From the NCBI GenBank assembly GCA_002269645.1, contig NIVC01002028.1, positions 112,886 through 176,885 of the forward strand: DNA of 64,000 nucleotides, read 5' to 3'. Below, piece after piece: positions 33,353 to 47,329 of the stretch (the stretch's first letter is position 1; every line of letters begins with the position of its first letter). A program made the position numbers and the translations under genes. Origin of the DNA: Macrostomum lignano. Its lineage: Eukaryota. The notes under the pieces were generated by a model that worked only from the letters and a program-made list of their open reading frames with translations, was not told where the DNA came from and did no database searches.

Positions 33353-34396
33353 CGCGAGGCCGCTCTGCCGCTGTTGGTACACTTTCACTGTCTGGCACTC
33401 TGCTGAACCGCCAGTTCCGACAATCTGTCACTCTGTCACTCAACAACTCAATCGTAAAGCATCTAGTGAAGAATGGACCAACTCAAGCTGACAGTCTCGC
33501 TGATCAAAGCTGAGCAACTCTTTACAGAGAGAAGGCAGGGGCAGAATTAAATGCAAGTAACCAAAAGAACGGCAGAGAGAGAGGGAAGGAGAGGGGCAAG
33601 TAGAACAGGAATGGCAAGTGAATTTGGACTGAGAGCAGCCAATCGAGGGATGGGGGCGAGGAGATGCGGCTCCCAGCTTCCGCAGCCATGCTCTAGTTTC
33701 CTCGTCTCCCCTTCTCCTCTTCTCCCATCTTCCTCTGTTAGGCTTATGGCCTCAGTTTTTTTGAGTAGCTACGGCAATGCCAGTTAAAGAGGGAAGCATA
33801 GAAAAGCTGGGGTGTGAGCACAGTTGTTCGCAGCTGTGGCAATTCCTGTCTCTCTTTCTTTGCCCGCTTGTCTTTTTTCTGCGTGAGCGTTTTTCTCGTT
33901 GTACCGCAAGGAGGAGGGGGCTGGCATTGCTAGAGTCCCTTCTGGACTGCCTGCCCACCTGGCTCCATGCATTTGTCGAATTAATTTGATGCTGCTGGGA
34001 TGCTGGTGTGGTCTGTCTCTTTGCAGCTTCCATCTCAATATCTGTCTGTCTCTTGATGAAGCATTGCAAACCACGTGAATTTGGTAGTTAGTTCAGTTGG
34101 TAAAACTATCAGTTAAATAACTTAATACTTCTAAAAACTCATGGACCACGGGCAGAAAGCTGCATCTAATTTGCATTAAATTTTTAGTTGCGAAGGAGTG
34201 CATGAGCACTGACTTTATGAGCGCCAGCAGCATTTAGAACAGGGGGTTTTATAATCATTTATCCCTTTTTCTTCCCTGTCTCACTCGCATCAACTTCGAT
34301 CCCCAATATCGCCTCCCTCTTCTGCTCCTCAAAATAAACGCATGTTCATGATAAATGAGGCCCTCCAATGTCATTAAAAACCAGCAGAGCTCTCAC

Positions 34397-34501
34397 CCCT
34401 TCCATCGGTGTGAGAGTCTGTTGAGCCGAAATTGCCAACACAGGTGTCATTGAGCTGATAGCAGGTCTGCCACAGGCCGGAGCGAGCCAGAGTGCTATTA
34501 T
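34397..34501 (-). CDS. ECL1 exon of the long isoform of the claudin-superfamily gene
   Basis: (D)NSTLARSGLWQTCYQLNDTCVGNFGSTDSHTDGR-; claudin G-L-W-x-x-C...C signature; CAG acceptor and G|GTGAGA donor, phase 1-1, 105 nt. Confidence 0.75.
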
Positions 34502-34780
34502 CTGCGCGTGTGTCATTGGGGGGGGGTTGTGTTTTGTTAGACATACGGTTACACCGGAATAAAATGGAGCTTTCAAATTATTATAAAACATCTCTAGCTA
34601 TACTACTACTACCGATAATAAAGTAGCACGTTTGGTACGCCACGCGGAGAATATGCAAAGCCGTAGCTTAGTTGCGAGAAAGATGATCCCGGATAAATGT
34701 GTACTTTTGCCTAGTTTGGCTAGCTAGTGGAGAAAATATTGTCAGTGTGAAACAGCTCGCATTTGGTTGGGCTAAACCCA

Positions 34781-35654
34781 GCTGATTGAGTAGAACCCAG
34801 GTGATTGAGTAGAACCCAGGTGATTGAGTAGAACCCAGGTGATTAAGTAGAACCCAGGTGATTGAGTAGAACCAGGTGATTGAGTAGAACCCAGGTGATT
34901 GAGTAGAACCCAGGTGATTGAGTAGAACCCAGCTGATTGACTAGAACCAGCTGATTGAGTAGAACCCAGGTGATTGACTAGAACCCAGGTGATTGACTAG
35001 AACCCAGGTGATTGACTAGAACCCAGGTGATTGACTAGAACCCAGGTGATTGACTAGAACCCAGGTGATTGACTAGAACCATGCAGGTGATTGACTAGAA
35101 CCCAGGTGATTGACTAGAACCCAGGTGATTGACTAGAACCCAGGTGATTGACTAGAACCCAGGTGATTGACTAGAACCATGCAGGTGATTGACTAGAACC
35201 CAGGTGATTGACTAGAACCATGCAGGTGATTGACTAGAACCCAGGTGATTGACTAGAACCCAGGTGATTGACTAGAACCCAGGTGATTGACTAGAACCCA
35301 GGTGATTGACTAGAACCCAGGTGATTGACTAGAACCCAGGTGATTGACTAGAACCCAGGTGATTGACTAGAACCATGCAGGTGATTGACTAGAACCCAGG
35401 TGATTGACTAGAACCCAGGTGATTGACTAGAACCCAGGTGATTGACTAGAACCCAGGTGATTGACTAGAACCCAGGTGATTGACTAGAACCCAGGTGATT
35501 GACTAGAACCCAGGTGATTGACTAGAACCCAGGTGATTGACTAGAACCCAGGTGATTGACTAGAACCCAGGTGATTGACTAGAACCCAGGTGATTGACTA
35601 GAACCCAGGTGATTGACTAGAACCCAGGTGATTGACTAGAACCCAGGTGATTGA
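34781..35654. repeat. 19-bp minisatellite TAGAACCCAGGTGATTGA(C/G)
   Basis: Direct reading. Confidence 0.95.
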
Positions 35655-37317
35655 ATAGGGATAGCTATGCTTATAAAGTCAAAGGTACTGGGTCTAAGCT
35701 AATTCTGAGTATTTAGAAGTGAAATTAAACGATTTTAACCTGCAACCTGCACGCGCTTGCCTTAAGTAAGTGCTAAAAAATTAGAGGTGCATAGTTGTAC
35801 CGTTACTGTTTTAAATAGTGCTTAAATCACCGGTTTGCGAGGTTGCCATTATTATCAATACTACAATGCACCCTCTTTGACAGCATTACGCTCGTACTTA
35901 TGCTTTGATGTGACGGTTCGTTGGTTTGTTAGCATGGGTACCTGTGTTCGGTTTATTGCTTAGCTTTATTCAATTAGACTTTATTCTGCTAACTTAGTCA
36001 CTTAACTTTATTCAATTCCAAACTTCTATGTACTCTGTAAACCAATGCGTACTCTGTGCAATTCAGTGTACATCATTGCGCTAGCCTTGCCTCGCCCCTT
36101 AAGTCTCTCCACTTACTCAGCCATACAATGCACCAGTGAAGTTCAATATTCACAATATTTAACTTATTGCACTCGACCTGTGTTTCGTCAAGCAACTTAG
36201 ACTGTTGTACTACTGCAAATATATCGCAAGAATTTATACTCGCTTAAACAACATTCGATTCCTGACTTTCGCGTCACGTCATGCTTGAAGCTTAATCCCC
36301 TTTTGTTGCAATAAATTTGGAGACAGACTCATAGAACCCTTTGGACTATTTTTCACCATAGTAGACCCTTAGTCTATCTGTTTGATCTAGGGGTGTTTAG
36401 GACGGCAATTCAGGACGGGTTCGAACTCCGAACCCCGACCCGAACATTTTTTTCAAACCCCGAACCCGGTACCAAAACCTGACGAAGCAATTGCTATCAT
36501 TAACCCCCCATCATTAGCAGTGGCTGTGACTTCTCGTGACAATTTTCTGGTCACTTAGGGGGCCTCACTGGCTCTTATTCGATCCGAGCTGCATCAAACT
36601 AATCCAGCATCATCCGATTTCGTGCCCTCTTCGTCCACTTCAAATTTCCGGGAGTCCACGATGAAGATCTTGCTAATTCTCTGAGTCCCGCGAGGTGACT
36701 GAGGAGCCAGCCAGCTAGGGGGGGGGGTTCTCCTGCTCCATTTTCCTCCCTTCCTCAATTCCTCAACTCGAAAATGCTCGACAGGGCGAAAATTGAGACG
36801 GTAAGGCACTGGGAGGGCTCTTGATTCGCCTAATGCAATCGGACATTCTTTCGTGCATTTAGGCCATGCATTTAAACAGGTTAAATCGTGCATCAATTTT
36901 CTGCTTTACAATGTCTTCTTCTTCTGAAGCTGGATCGCTGCTTAAAATACAATACAGTTCATGTTCGTTGCTTTCAATTAACTTAACCTTGTACTTTTGT
37001 TGGACAATTTTTTTGCTTAGCCACCTGTAGAAGCCCTCTTGCAACTTCGCAAAGTTACCGCTAAAAGCCAATGGCTACGAGAGTACCAATGAAGGTGATT
37101 CCTACCAAACAGCACGGTTCAGCATGCAGGCGGTTAAACAGACCTAAAAATCTGAAATTATAATTAAATTTCAAGTGTTCCCAAAACTCTAAATATCTCT
37201 AGCGCTTAAAATTTACCGAATTTTTCCTCCTTTGAAAGTTCAGGCTGTGAGACCCATATAATAATTAATTGATTACACCTGCCCCAATTGAACCAGATGT
37301 GCAACCAGATGTCAGCG

Positions 37318-37520
37318 GGCGCATCTGAAGACTGCGTACGGCTGTTCAGTCCAAGGACTGGGGGGTCGCCACACACCCTCAATTACCCCAACTATTGCTG
37401 CAAGGCACCCATTTTGCAGCTGGGTGAACTGAAGCAATGCTTAAGTGTCTTGCTCAAGGAAACAAATTATTCCAGGGGGAATCTTCACGTCGTGAGTCCG
37501 ACGCTTTAACAACTGGACTG
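37318..37520 (-). mobile_element. SINE relic with a conserved CORE/Meta-type central segment
   Basis: Minus strand reads TTGTTTCCTTGAGCAAGACACTT...CAGTTCACCCAGCTGCAAAATGGGTGCC, resembling the conserved central domain of widespread metazoan SINEs; the body also matches 5935-6004. Confidence 0.5.
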
Positions 37521-37584
37521 AAACACCCCAAAACCAAGAGAGACCCCCAAACGCGTAGTCCCGAAGGCCTTTTAAGCAACTTAC

Positions 37585-38449
37585 CCAGCGAGTGGTAGGA
37601 CCAGGAGGCGGTGGACAAGCAGATCAACAGGCAGGGAGCTGCCAGTGTCGCCATTGCCGCAGCAACCAAGCGACTGCGCACAAAAGTCGGATGCTCCCAG
37701 TAGGCTCGCAGCCGGTTCCACTGCGTGTTGCTCAACTCCTGCGCGAAGCTGCCAGCGTAGCTCACCTTCGACCGTCGGCCTCCGATGCCAATTAATTCGC
37801 CTCCACCAGCTGCTCGACTCCGTCGCTGCTGCTGCTGTTGTCGCAGGTGCAGTCGCTGTTTCTCCGGAGCCATCAGGGCCGCGCATTCTTGGCGCGCTTT
37901 CAATATCGGCGTTGTCAGACGCGCTTCTTCCTCGGCCTCGGCCTGAGCGACAGCCGCTGCAGCTGCCACTGCTGCCTCTGCTGCCGCGGATGCTTCAACT
38001 CGGGGCTCCTCTTTTATCCGGAGCTGCCGCCGCTGCTGCAGAGAGGCGCGTCGTTGGCGAGACCAGCGTGACCAGGCCGATGTGCCGTCGTCTGGATCCT
38101 CGGCCGCCGACACAGCACCGGCGGATTCAACACCCGACGAACGCAGTTGGAGTGTTGAAGGTCGACCACTAGGAGATGGCGGTGGCTGCTGCTGCTGCTG
38201 CGATGGCGGCTCCTCCTCGGAGGCACCACGAATCGGCGAAGCTGACGGAGAAATCTCTACGCTGCTGCCAAGGCCCGTGTCGCCGCTGTTCTGCTGCCAT
38301 GGTAGCGCAGCAGAAGCGGCACCGGTTGCCGCGTCGCCTTTGAAGCCGCTGCGCGTTCGAAAACGTCTCTGCTGGGTTCGCGCGACTGAGGCCTGCGGCA
38401 CCCCCAGGAGTCCGGCTGTGTCCTCAGTCATGGCGTCCTGAATAGGCAT
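37585..38449 (-). CDS. First coding exon of the long isoform of the claudin-superfamily gene (about 250-aa low-complexity N-tail plus TM1)
   Basis: ATG at 38449; ends RSRLVAAAMATLAAPCLLICLSTASWSYHSL-G|GTAAGT (perfect donor, phase 1), in frame with 34501-34397. Confidence 0.7.
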
Positions 38450-40789
38450 TTAGATTTCATTAATAGATACGTGCGTTCTAGAGGGCTGCGACCATCCTTG
38501 TCTTCCCAGAAAATGACATCACACCGCTATGATACGAAAAGCAATAGATGTAGGCTGAAAAGAGCCAGCTATTGGAAAAAATTTTTAAAACTGTCCTTTT
38601 TAGGCATTCCCGGGCGGATTTATGTCAATAAAAATCGATACCTTTATCGTTTGAATTCGTGCAAATCAATGTCGGTCTCTGGATGCCCACAAATTTAAAA
38701 GCATTCTGCAGAACTTGTATGGTCAGTGCAGCGTTTTTTGTCTTAAATCCAATAGCTGCGGAAGGAATGGAAAATATCAATGAATAAATATGGATCCATA
38801 AGTACAGGCAGTCCGTAGATCGACAGAGGATTCTCATGAAACAATTTTAATTTAGTGCAATAAGGTTGGATTCAAAAAAGAAAAAGAACAACAATCCTGT
38901 TTATTGCACTGCACTCGATAAAGGACCGGCGTCGAGACGATGTGGTGAATGCTTTTTATGTCCAGAATCGCGTGACAATTGAGCAGTGTCCCTTGCCAGC
39001 ACTCTGTCTGGAGGCGTCAAGTCAAGGAGGCGGATTTGCCACCAGCTCAGCTAGGCCCGAATCGGGTGAACAGGCGGCCCACTCGATGGGACAGTACATC
39101 ACTCCAGACCTTCGCTCGCTGCCGACCTCAAACTTGCTGCCTTCCTCTGAGAGCCTCCATCTCTCCCTCCCCAACTTTATCTTTTTCTTCTTTCCGTCTT
39201 CCAGTTCGGGCGGCGGGTGAGCAACGGATGCGGGGAAGAAATGCGAAGTAAAGAGCTGAGATTAAAGCAGTGGGCGACACAGCAGGCAACAGGCAGGCTG
39301 CACAGGCAAAAGCGGCTAGAGAATTCCAATGCATAAATCACGAAAGGACAGTGCAGTAGCAGCATCTGCCTCTCTCTATTCCCCAAGTTTTTATCAACCA
39401 ACAGGCGACTAAAAAGTAGAATTCAGCAGGGGGATGGACAGCAGAGAAGCCCAGTCGATGCACTTATACTAACGGAAAAAGCTGAATTTACGGCTGTTCA
39501 TAGAGCCAGGTGAAGAATATCTTAATAACAAATAAACAGAGTTCGTCTGGCTGTCAATCAGGCTGAACAGAGTCGCTGAGATGCGACGGATTTTAAACGG
39601 AACTGAAGTGGAGAGAGAGCTTAAAAAAGAAGCAAACAGAAGCTATAAGGAAGAGAAATGGAGAGCCGTGAAGGAGGGGAGAATTGAGCTTCTTCTTTAA
39701 GCCTCATCTGACCGATCAATAACAGCCGGGATTGAACCCGACAAGAGTGCACCAGCACTTCAGAAGATTTTTCGAATTGTTTCTGTCACTTTTCAAGATA
39801 ATGTCGATTATTGTCTGGGGCAGTTGGGGATTCGAGTTCCTACCTTAAGCACATTACGCTCGTAGAATAGAAGGCCATCTTTTACCTGGGTATAAATTAT
39901 TTTTCTGCTAGGTAAGCCTACTGATCAATACTGTCCTTTAAAGTTGCGCCTCTCCCGCAATGAGTTGCCAGACGCGGAAGCTGGAGTCCTGCCTTTCAGC
40001 GCTCCTCACCATTGTCTCCTTTCAACAGGGTTAAGAAACTGCATGGGAAGGCGTTGCGTCTTCCAGTATCTATTTTAGTCCGAGACTCTTGTACTCTACC
40101 TGCCTTTGTCGCAGCTCTCAGGCCAGCACTAGCATGCAAGCTTGCTGCCTTCTGTGCGTGTCTGCCTGGTGGGTGTTCGTCACTCTCTAAGGAAAAAATG
40201 CTCAGAATTCTTGTGTAGCTCTCAAAGAAATGCCTCTTCTATGCCTTGTTGCCTTCATCGATTTTTTTGCTGTTTTGTTCATGTAGCGTCGAAGCGAAAA
40301 GACGGGAGGCAGCGGGCGGTCGGGCTGAGGAAGAGTTGGGGGGGGGGGGACTTGGGGTCCTGACCTGAGGTGAAGGCGAGTTCCGCTGTTAATGAGGCCG
40401 GCGATGACAATACGAGACTTGTTTTCTTCCTTAAGTTTTAATGGCTGCATCATTTCAATGGAGTTTTAATATGAAAATTGCATGCATTTTTATACACTAA
40501 AAATTATATTGCCATGTTCAGTCTCCGCTTGAGCTGCACTTAAGGACTACAGTGAGTTACCATGGAAATAGGAAGCTACACTCTTTACACTTTTTTCTCG
40601 GGCCCAATTACTCTGTTTTTTATGTCGATCTAAAAGTTTTTTGCATTATTATTTTTTTAAATCTGCGGGAGGCTGGAAAAAACAAAAGTAGCTACCTGTG
40701 TCTTCTCTCAGCTTTACAGTTTTTTGAAAAGTCAGCAAACAAACCTACCTTCAGGGACTTTTATGTGTTATTCGGATGGTCAGCGTCAG

Positions 40790-41060
40790 GGGCGCCGCCA
40801 CCGGGGGGGGGGGACAGGGGAGACATGTCCCCCCTCAGTTGAAGCTATGGGGGGACATACCAATGCATACCAATGCCAAAATGAGTGCCTGCGGTGCCAA
40901 AATGAGTGCCTGCGGCGCTAAAATGAGTGCCTGCGGCGCTAAAATGAGTGCCTGCGGCGCTAAAATGAATGCCTGCGGCGCTAAAATGAATGCCTGCGGC
41001 GCTAAAATGAGTGCTGCCTGCGGCGCTAAAATGAGTGCCTGCGGCGCTAAAATGAGCGCT
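40790..41060 (+). repeat. MITE-like 5' end (CAGGGGCGCCGCC) followed by a 21-bp tandem repeat GCTAAAATGAGTGCCTGCGGC
   Basis: The repeat is certain. The element call rests on the end motif only; no matching far end or TSD was found. Confidence 0.5.
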
Positions 41061-42166
41061 GACAACACCGATTCTGAAAAAAATGTACATGTACTTGTAG
41101 AATTCTTGGCTTTGTCCCTCCACCATAAAATTAAGCTTTGGCCCATGGAATTAAGCTTTGTTAAGCTACATGTATTATCAGCGGCTAAGGCAGCCCTGCA
41201 GACCATCCCGGATGCTGGGAATTTTAAAAGCCAATCAATTCAGCGAAGACTGTCCTTGAACGCCAAGAGTAACTATTGCTGCCCCAGCTGTCAGTTCCGT
41301 TGGTCGTCGCAACGTGTGAAGCTGACAGCTGCTGTCCCTTGGTGTCACCTCTCTCTAACAGCCAAAAACAGCGCGAGTATTTCCCGAACTATCCATGACA
41401 TCTGAATCTTTAGAGAATCCAATCCAGATAAAACCATTGAGAATATGAATTTTTATGCAGCCCGGAAATTCGATGGATTATACTACTGAAAAACAATATG
41501 CCCCCATTGGGTGTATTAGTCTGTCTATAGAGCTCCCCAGCCTCCATTCTCTTCTCTATTTTTTTATACTTTCAGTATTCACTCTATTGTTGTCTGACAC
41601 GGGAGGATGTGAAACCTGCACGGCAGGATGGGATATTTGCCTGCTGCAGCAGACGCACTGCCAGTCAGATTATCCCCTCGTGGGAATTTCACCCGATGCC
41701 ATCAGAAACCTTCTAACACTTGAAGCGGCGCAAATGCGGACTGGTAGATGAAGATAGAGTGCACTATCCGCCGAGAGGAGCTCGAATGAATAAAATCGTT
41801 TCTCCGATTCGTGAAATAGTGGGAGGAGCAGCTTCAGAATTTTTAAATAATCATTGCTAAATGTTGAGAACGACTACACGCCATTTTTTGCTATGCTCTT
41901 TCTGCAAAAGTGATAACATTGTTTACTGACCGTCTAAAATTTGTTCAATCGCAATTGTTCGTTTGTTATGCTCACTGTACAGCGTGACATCCTAGAATAA
42001 AAATACAATTCATGTCTCTTCACTGATCATCGGGATTTCGACAAATACTATGAGGAGGCAGGTAGTAATTGAGTTGATCCCTGAGCACACTGACATGCAC
42101 ACAGGCTAGACGTCAGGCAGTGTCTGCACTCTGTGCCTCGCCCGCGTGGTCGTGAATATCATGACA

Positions 42167-42731
42167 AGCCCAGGTAAATCAGCTCTACCTGATCTAATGA
42201 GACCTAAGCCTACAGTTACCGGTATCAAGCCCAGGTAAATCAGCTCTACCTGATCTAATGAGACCTAAGCCTACAGTTATCGGTATCAAGCCCAGGTAAA
42301 TCAGCTCTACCTGATCTAATGAGACCTAAGCCTACAGTTACCGGTATCAAGCCCAGGTAAATCAGCTCTACCTGATCTAATGAGACCTAAGCCTACAGTT
42401 ACCGGTATCAAGCCCAGGTAAATCAGCTCTACCTGATCTAATGAGACCTAAGCCTACAGTTACCGGTATCAAGCCCAGGTAAATCAGCTCTACCTGATCT
42501 AATGAGACCTAAGCCTACAGTTATCGGTATCAAGCCCAGGTAAATCAGCTCTACCTGATCTAATGAGACCTAAGCCTACAGTTACCGGTATCAAGCCCAG
42601 GTAAATCAGCTCTACCTGATCTAATGAGACCTAAGCCTACAGTTACCGGTATCAAGCCCAGGTAAATCAGCTCTACCTGATCTAATGAGACCTAAGCCTA
42701 CAGTTACCGGTATCAAGCCCAGGTAAATCAG
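42167..42731. repeat. 61-bp minisatellite AAGCCCAGGTAAATCAGCTCTACCTGATCTAATGAGACCTAAGCCTACAGTTACCGGTATC, about 9 copies
   Basis: Direct reading; nearly invariant copies. Confidence 0.95.
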
Positions 42732-43124
42732 AACCGGCACCGACCAGTTAGTTACAAACGACTCACTCAATCCTTGATCTCAAAACATCAGCGCTCCAGC
42801 GGCAGTTGAGTGGGCAGGAGGCCTCGCTGCAGACAGTTGCCAAGCTGCTCAAACTGATGCATGACTGCTTTTGGACACGAGGTAATTGTAAAAATTCCAA
42901 AAACTTAAGAGGGAGATGGGGAGAGAAGAAGAGCCCGAATCAGAACTTAAGTCCTCTATGTAGAGACGAGATTAGTTGAGGTTGGCGCCATCACCGTGCA
43001 ATTATTGGTGGGGTTGAGGTTCCCCGCACAGCTGCCTCTCCAAGAGCTACTGGCTGTCGGGGTGAGCAGAAACGCAGATGGGGAATAAGTAGCACGAGAA
43101 ACACACAAATTTGTTTGCTAATCG

Positions 43125-44755
43125 AAACATCAAAGCTACTTGAACATCTAGATATACTGCTTCTAACATCAGCTACTTGAACATCTAGATATACTGCTTC
43201 TAACATCTAGCTACTTGAACATCTAGATATACTGCTTCTAACATTAGCTACTTGAACATCTAGATATACTGCTTCTAACATCAGCTACTTGAACATCTAG
43301 ATATACTGCTTCTAACATCAGCTACTTGAACATCTAGATATACTGCTTCTAACATCAGCTACTTGAACATCTAGATATACTGCTTCTAACATCTAGCTAC
43401 TTGAACATCTAGATATACTGCTTCTAACATCTAGCTACTTGAACATCTAGATATACTGCTTCTAACATCAGCTACTTGAACATCTAGATATACTGCTTCT
43501 AACATCTAGCTACTTGAACATCTAGATATACTGCTTCTAACATCAGCTGCTTGAACATCTAGATATACTGCTTCTAACATCAGCTACTTGAACATCCAGA
43601 TATACTGCTTCTAACATCAGCTACTTGAACATCTAGATATACTGCTTCTAACATCAGCTACTTGAACATCTAGATATACTGCTTCTAACATCTAGCTACT
43701 TGAACATCTAGATATACTGCTTCTAACATCAGCTACTTGAACATCTAGGTATACTGCTTCTAACATCAGCTACTTGAACATCTAGATATACTGCTTCTAA
43801 CATCTATAGCTACTTGAACATCTAGATATACTGCTTCTAACATCTAGCTACTTGAACATCTAGATATACTGCTTCTAACATCAGCTACTTGAACATCCAG
43901 ATATACTGCTTCTAACATCAGCTACTTGAACATCTAGATATACTGCTTCTAACATCAGCTACTTGAACATCTAGATATACTGCTTCTAACATCAGCTACT
44001 TGAACATCTAGATATACTGCTTCTAACATCTAGCTACTTGAACATCTAGATATACTGCTTCTAACATCTAGCTACTTGAACATCTAGATATACTGCTTCT
44101 AACATCAGCTACTTGAACATCTAGATATACTGCTTCTAACATCTAGCTACTTGAACATCTAGATATACTGCTTCTAACATCAGCTACTTGAACATCTAGA
44201 TATACTGCTTCTAACATCTAGCTACTTGAACATCTAGATATACTGCTTCTAACATCAGCTACTTGAACATCTAGATATACTGCTTCTAACATCAGCTACT
44301 TGAACATCTAGATATACTGCTTCTAACATCAGCTACTTGAACATCTAGATATACTGCTTCTAACATCAGCTACTTGAACATCTAGATATACTGCTTCTAA
44401 CATCTAGCTACTTGAACATTTAGATATACTGCTTCTAACATCTATAGCTACTTGAACATCTAGATATACTGCTTCTAACATCTAGCTATTTGAACATCTA
44501 GATATACTGCTTCTAACATCTAGCTATTTGAACATCTAGATATACTGCTTCTAACATATAGCTACTTGAACATCTAGATATACTGCTTCTAACATCTATA
44601 GCTACTTGAACATCTAGATATACTGCTTCTAACATCAGCTACTTGAACATCTAGATATACTGCTTCTAACATCTAGCTACTAGAGTATCTAGATATACTG
44701 CTTCTAACATCTAGCTACTTCAACATCTAGATATACTGCTTCTAACATCTAGCTC
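43125..44755. repeat. 37-41-bp minisatellite AGCTACTTGAACATCTAGATATACTGCTTCTAACATC(T/TAT)
   Basis: Direct reading; about 40 copies. Confidence 0.95.
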
Positions 44756-45719
44756 TGATAAGGCAAGCTAGAGTGCATATTGATCTGTATACTTGCCACA
44801 AGATAAAAGAATTTCATAAAGCGTCAACATCAAAAGTCTCGTCTCATTGCAACTTTCTTCTCAAGTCATACTCCCATAGATCAGTTACATCAGCGATTTG
44901 TAAGTTTACATCTCTCGAGTCTCGCGAAATCTAGCCAGACACTGAGACAGCGAAAGTGCATTTCTATCTCTCCCATTATGAGCGCAATAGCAACAAATCA
45001 AGATTAAGGAAGCGCATACACACACAGCTCGAATGTCGCGAATTTGTGCATCTCTGATGACTGTACTGTACAGTTGGGCAGAGCACAGAACTGGCTACTC
45101 TCTATACCCAGAACTCCCCAACGGGGAGGCACTGAGCGAGAAAAAACCATTGAAAAGAAATATCCAAGCACCGACTGAACCGGCCTTGAAGAAGGGGAAT
45201 TGCCCGCTCGCTCGGGACCAAGGCTTATTCTTGTCTCCCACTCCCCCTTCGCAATCCAATTTCACATTTTGCTCTTAAGCCTGCCCCGGAGCTCGCAAAG
45301 GCCTCTAGGCTTGGACTAACTGACTGAGCTGTCCCCTCATTTTCCTCACTTTTCTCTGCTTTTGTAGATTGCAGGCTTTTTACAGCAAAGCGTTGCTTCA
45401 TTATGCAGGCTGAAGTAATGTTACCTAGAACTCTACTTGTGTGTCCAATTATCAGCTTCACCTGGAACACTTTGATGGCTTTGGCCGTTAGCTACTAGTT
45501 AGATATAAATAAACATAGACTTAGCTTTAGCTGCTGGAACTAAGGGGCAGGGGCGTCGCGACACGGTGGCGAACAGGGGAAGGGCATGTCAATGCCATGA
45601 CGTAGCAGTGAGCAAAGAAACAAAAAACTCGGACACTTGCTCGCATCTGTGTTAGACTTCTTGTAAAAATTATCACTTTCAAAGATTTTTCAGAGTTTGC
45701 AAACAGGGTATGCTCTCAC

Positions 45720-46060
45720 GTTAAAAAACAAAAACTATTGGCCCTTTGGCGCTACGTTTTCGGGGACATCGTCCAACAACCAGCGTTGAGACAACTCTGC
45801 CGATTACGCTGACTCCTGAGCATATACAAACGCACTATACTGTACTCAGACACAGCACTCATACAAACGCTCACACAGGGTGTACAGCAGACCCGACTCA
45901 CTAATACTCAGGCATGTACACTCTCTGTTCTGCTCATTGAGCTTGGCTCTCATGGCTCTGTGAATCGCAGGGACAACTCCTGGGCCAATTTTTGTAGATC
46001 TAGACAGTGATTTTGTGCACAAGCCCCAAATTGATGTGGCTGCGCAAGTCAACCCTGACT
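45720..46060 (-). mobile_element. Diverged relative of the SINE at 12401-12763
   Basis: Shared ordered motifs on the minus strand: TTTGGGGCT, GAGAGCCAA, AGTGTACATGCCT, GCTGTACAC-CCTGTGTGAG, GCTCAGG-AGTC. Confidence 0.55.
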
Positions 46061-47088
46061 CATCAAGTTACTTTACAGTCCGGTGCCTCAGAAAAACCAT
46101 TACGGCAACGGCGTGATTTCAGGACTGAAAATGTCTCAACGAACTGGGAATGCTGTCAAATCGAAACTTGCTATTAACTCGGCGAATACAATTTCCGGCG
46201 TGATTGCGTCCAGGAGTTGCGTGTGACTGCGTTGCACTGCAGACGCGCCAAAAACCTAGCAAGGGAAAATATTCAAGCGGCATCGAAAACACTTTTGGTT
46301 GAAGATGTTCAACACACTACTTAAAAAAGCACTTATTGTTTCAGTTTGACGTAGTTTTCTGAGAGATTTCCGTTTAATTTATATAGACATGCTGCGTACC
46401 CTATTTGCCATTGATTACGCCACATACCAGATTAGAAAAGCTACCTTACACTTAGTGTTCGCAAAGATTGTGAGTGAAAGGATTGGACGAACGGAAAGCA
46501 ATGTTCAAGAAAAAATGTCACTATTGATAGTATTAGCAGTCACAGAACAAGTCGATAAACTGAGAAATTGAGAAGTTTAAAAATGATGTTTTGCACTAGC
46601 TAGGTCGTGAAGAACTTCGTTTTTAGTGTCATGAGCTACGCTTGTAAATTCGCTAACAAAAAACACAGTTTATCCAATTTCAACATATTCCCACATGAAC
46701 AAATCGAATGGGAAGGGAGATTTTAGATAGAAAAGCGATTCCATCTTTCGTGCAAGCCGCCAAGTGCTACACATTCGGCCATCAAAGCAGATCGTTCCGG
46801 AAACGCTCCATAAATTGGAGAACCCTTCCGAGCCATTCCGAAACGTTCAATTCGTCAATGTTTCAGTCGTAAAACTGTGGGATGGGGAGGGTCATTTCGC
46901 GGGATAATTGTTAACTATACTTTTCCCGAAACAAGCCACGCAAAAACTGCTTGCGTGATGCTCGCTAGAGCCTAGGTCTAAGTTTTAGCTAGATAGTGAA
47001 ATAGTTAGTGTCAGTTGTCCCTGAGTTAGTGTTTAAATAGACTAGATTTTTCACTACTACATTCAGTGCTACCATGCAGGAGGCAAAC

Positions 47089-47329
47089 ACGACCAGGACG
47101 TGTGATAAATGGCTTAGTATGATTGACTCTACTAACGACCAGGACGTGTGATAAATGGCTTAGTACGTATGATAGACTCTACTAACGACCAGGACGTGTG
47201 ATAAATGGCTTAGCATGATAGACTCTACTAACGACCAGGACGTGTGATAAATGGCTTAGTACTGGTATGATAGACTCTACTAACGACCAGGACGTGTGAT
47301 AAATGGCTTAGTATGATTGACTCTACTAA
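47089..47329. repeat. About 46-bp tandem repeat ACTAACGACCAGGACGTGTGATAAATGGCTTAGTATGATTGACTCT, about 5 copies
   Basis: Direct reading. Confidence 0.88.

Noticed and set aside
36594-37071. Two short minus-strand ORFs as a transposase remnant
   Set aside because: No recognisable catalytic motif or element ends.
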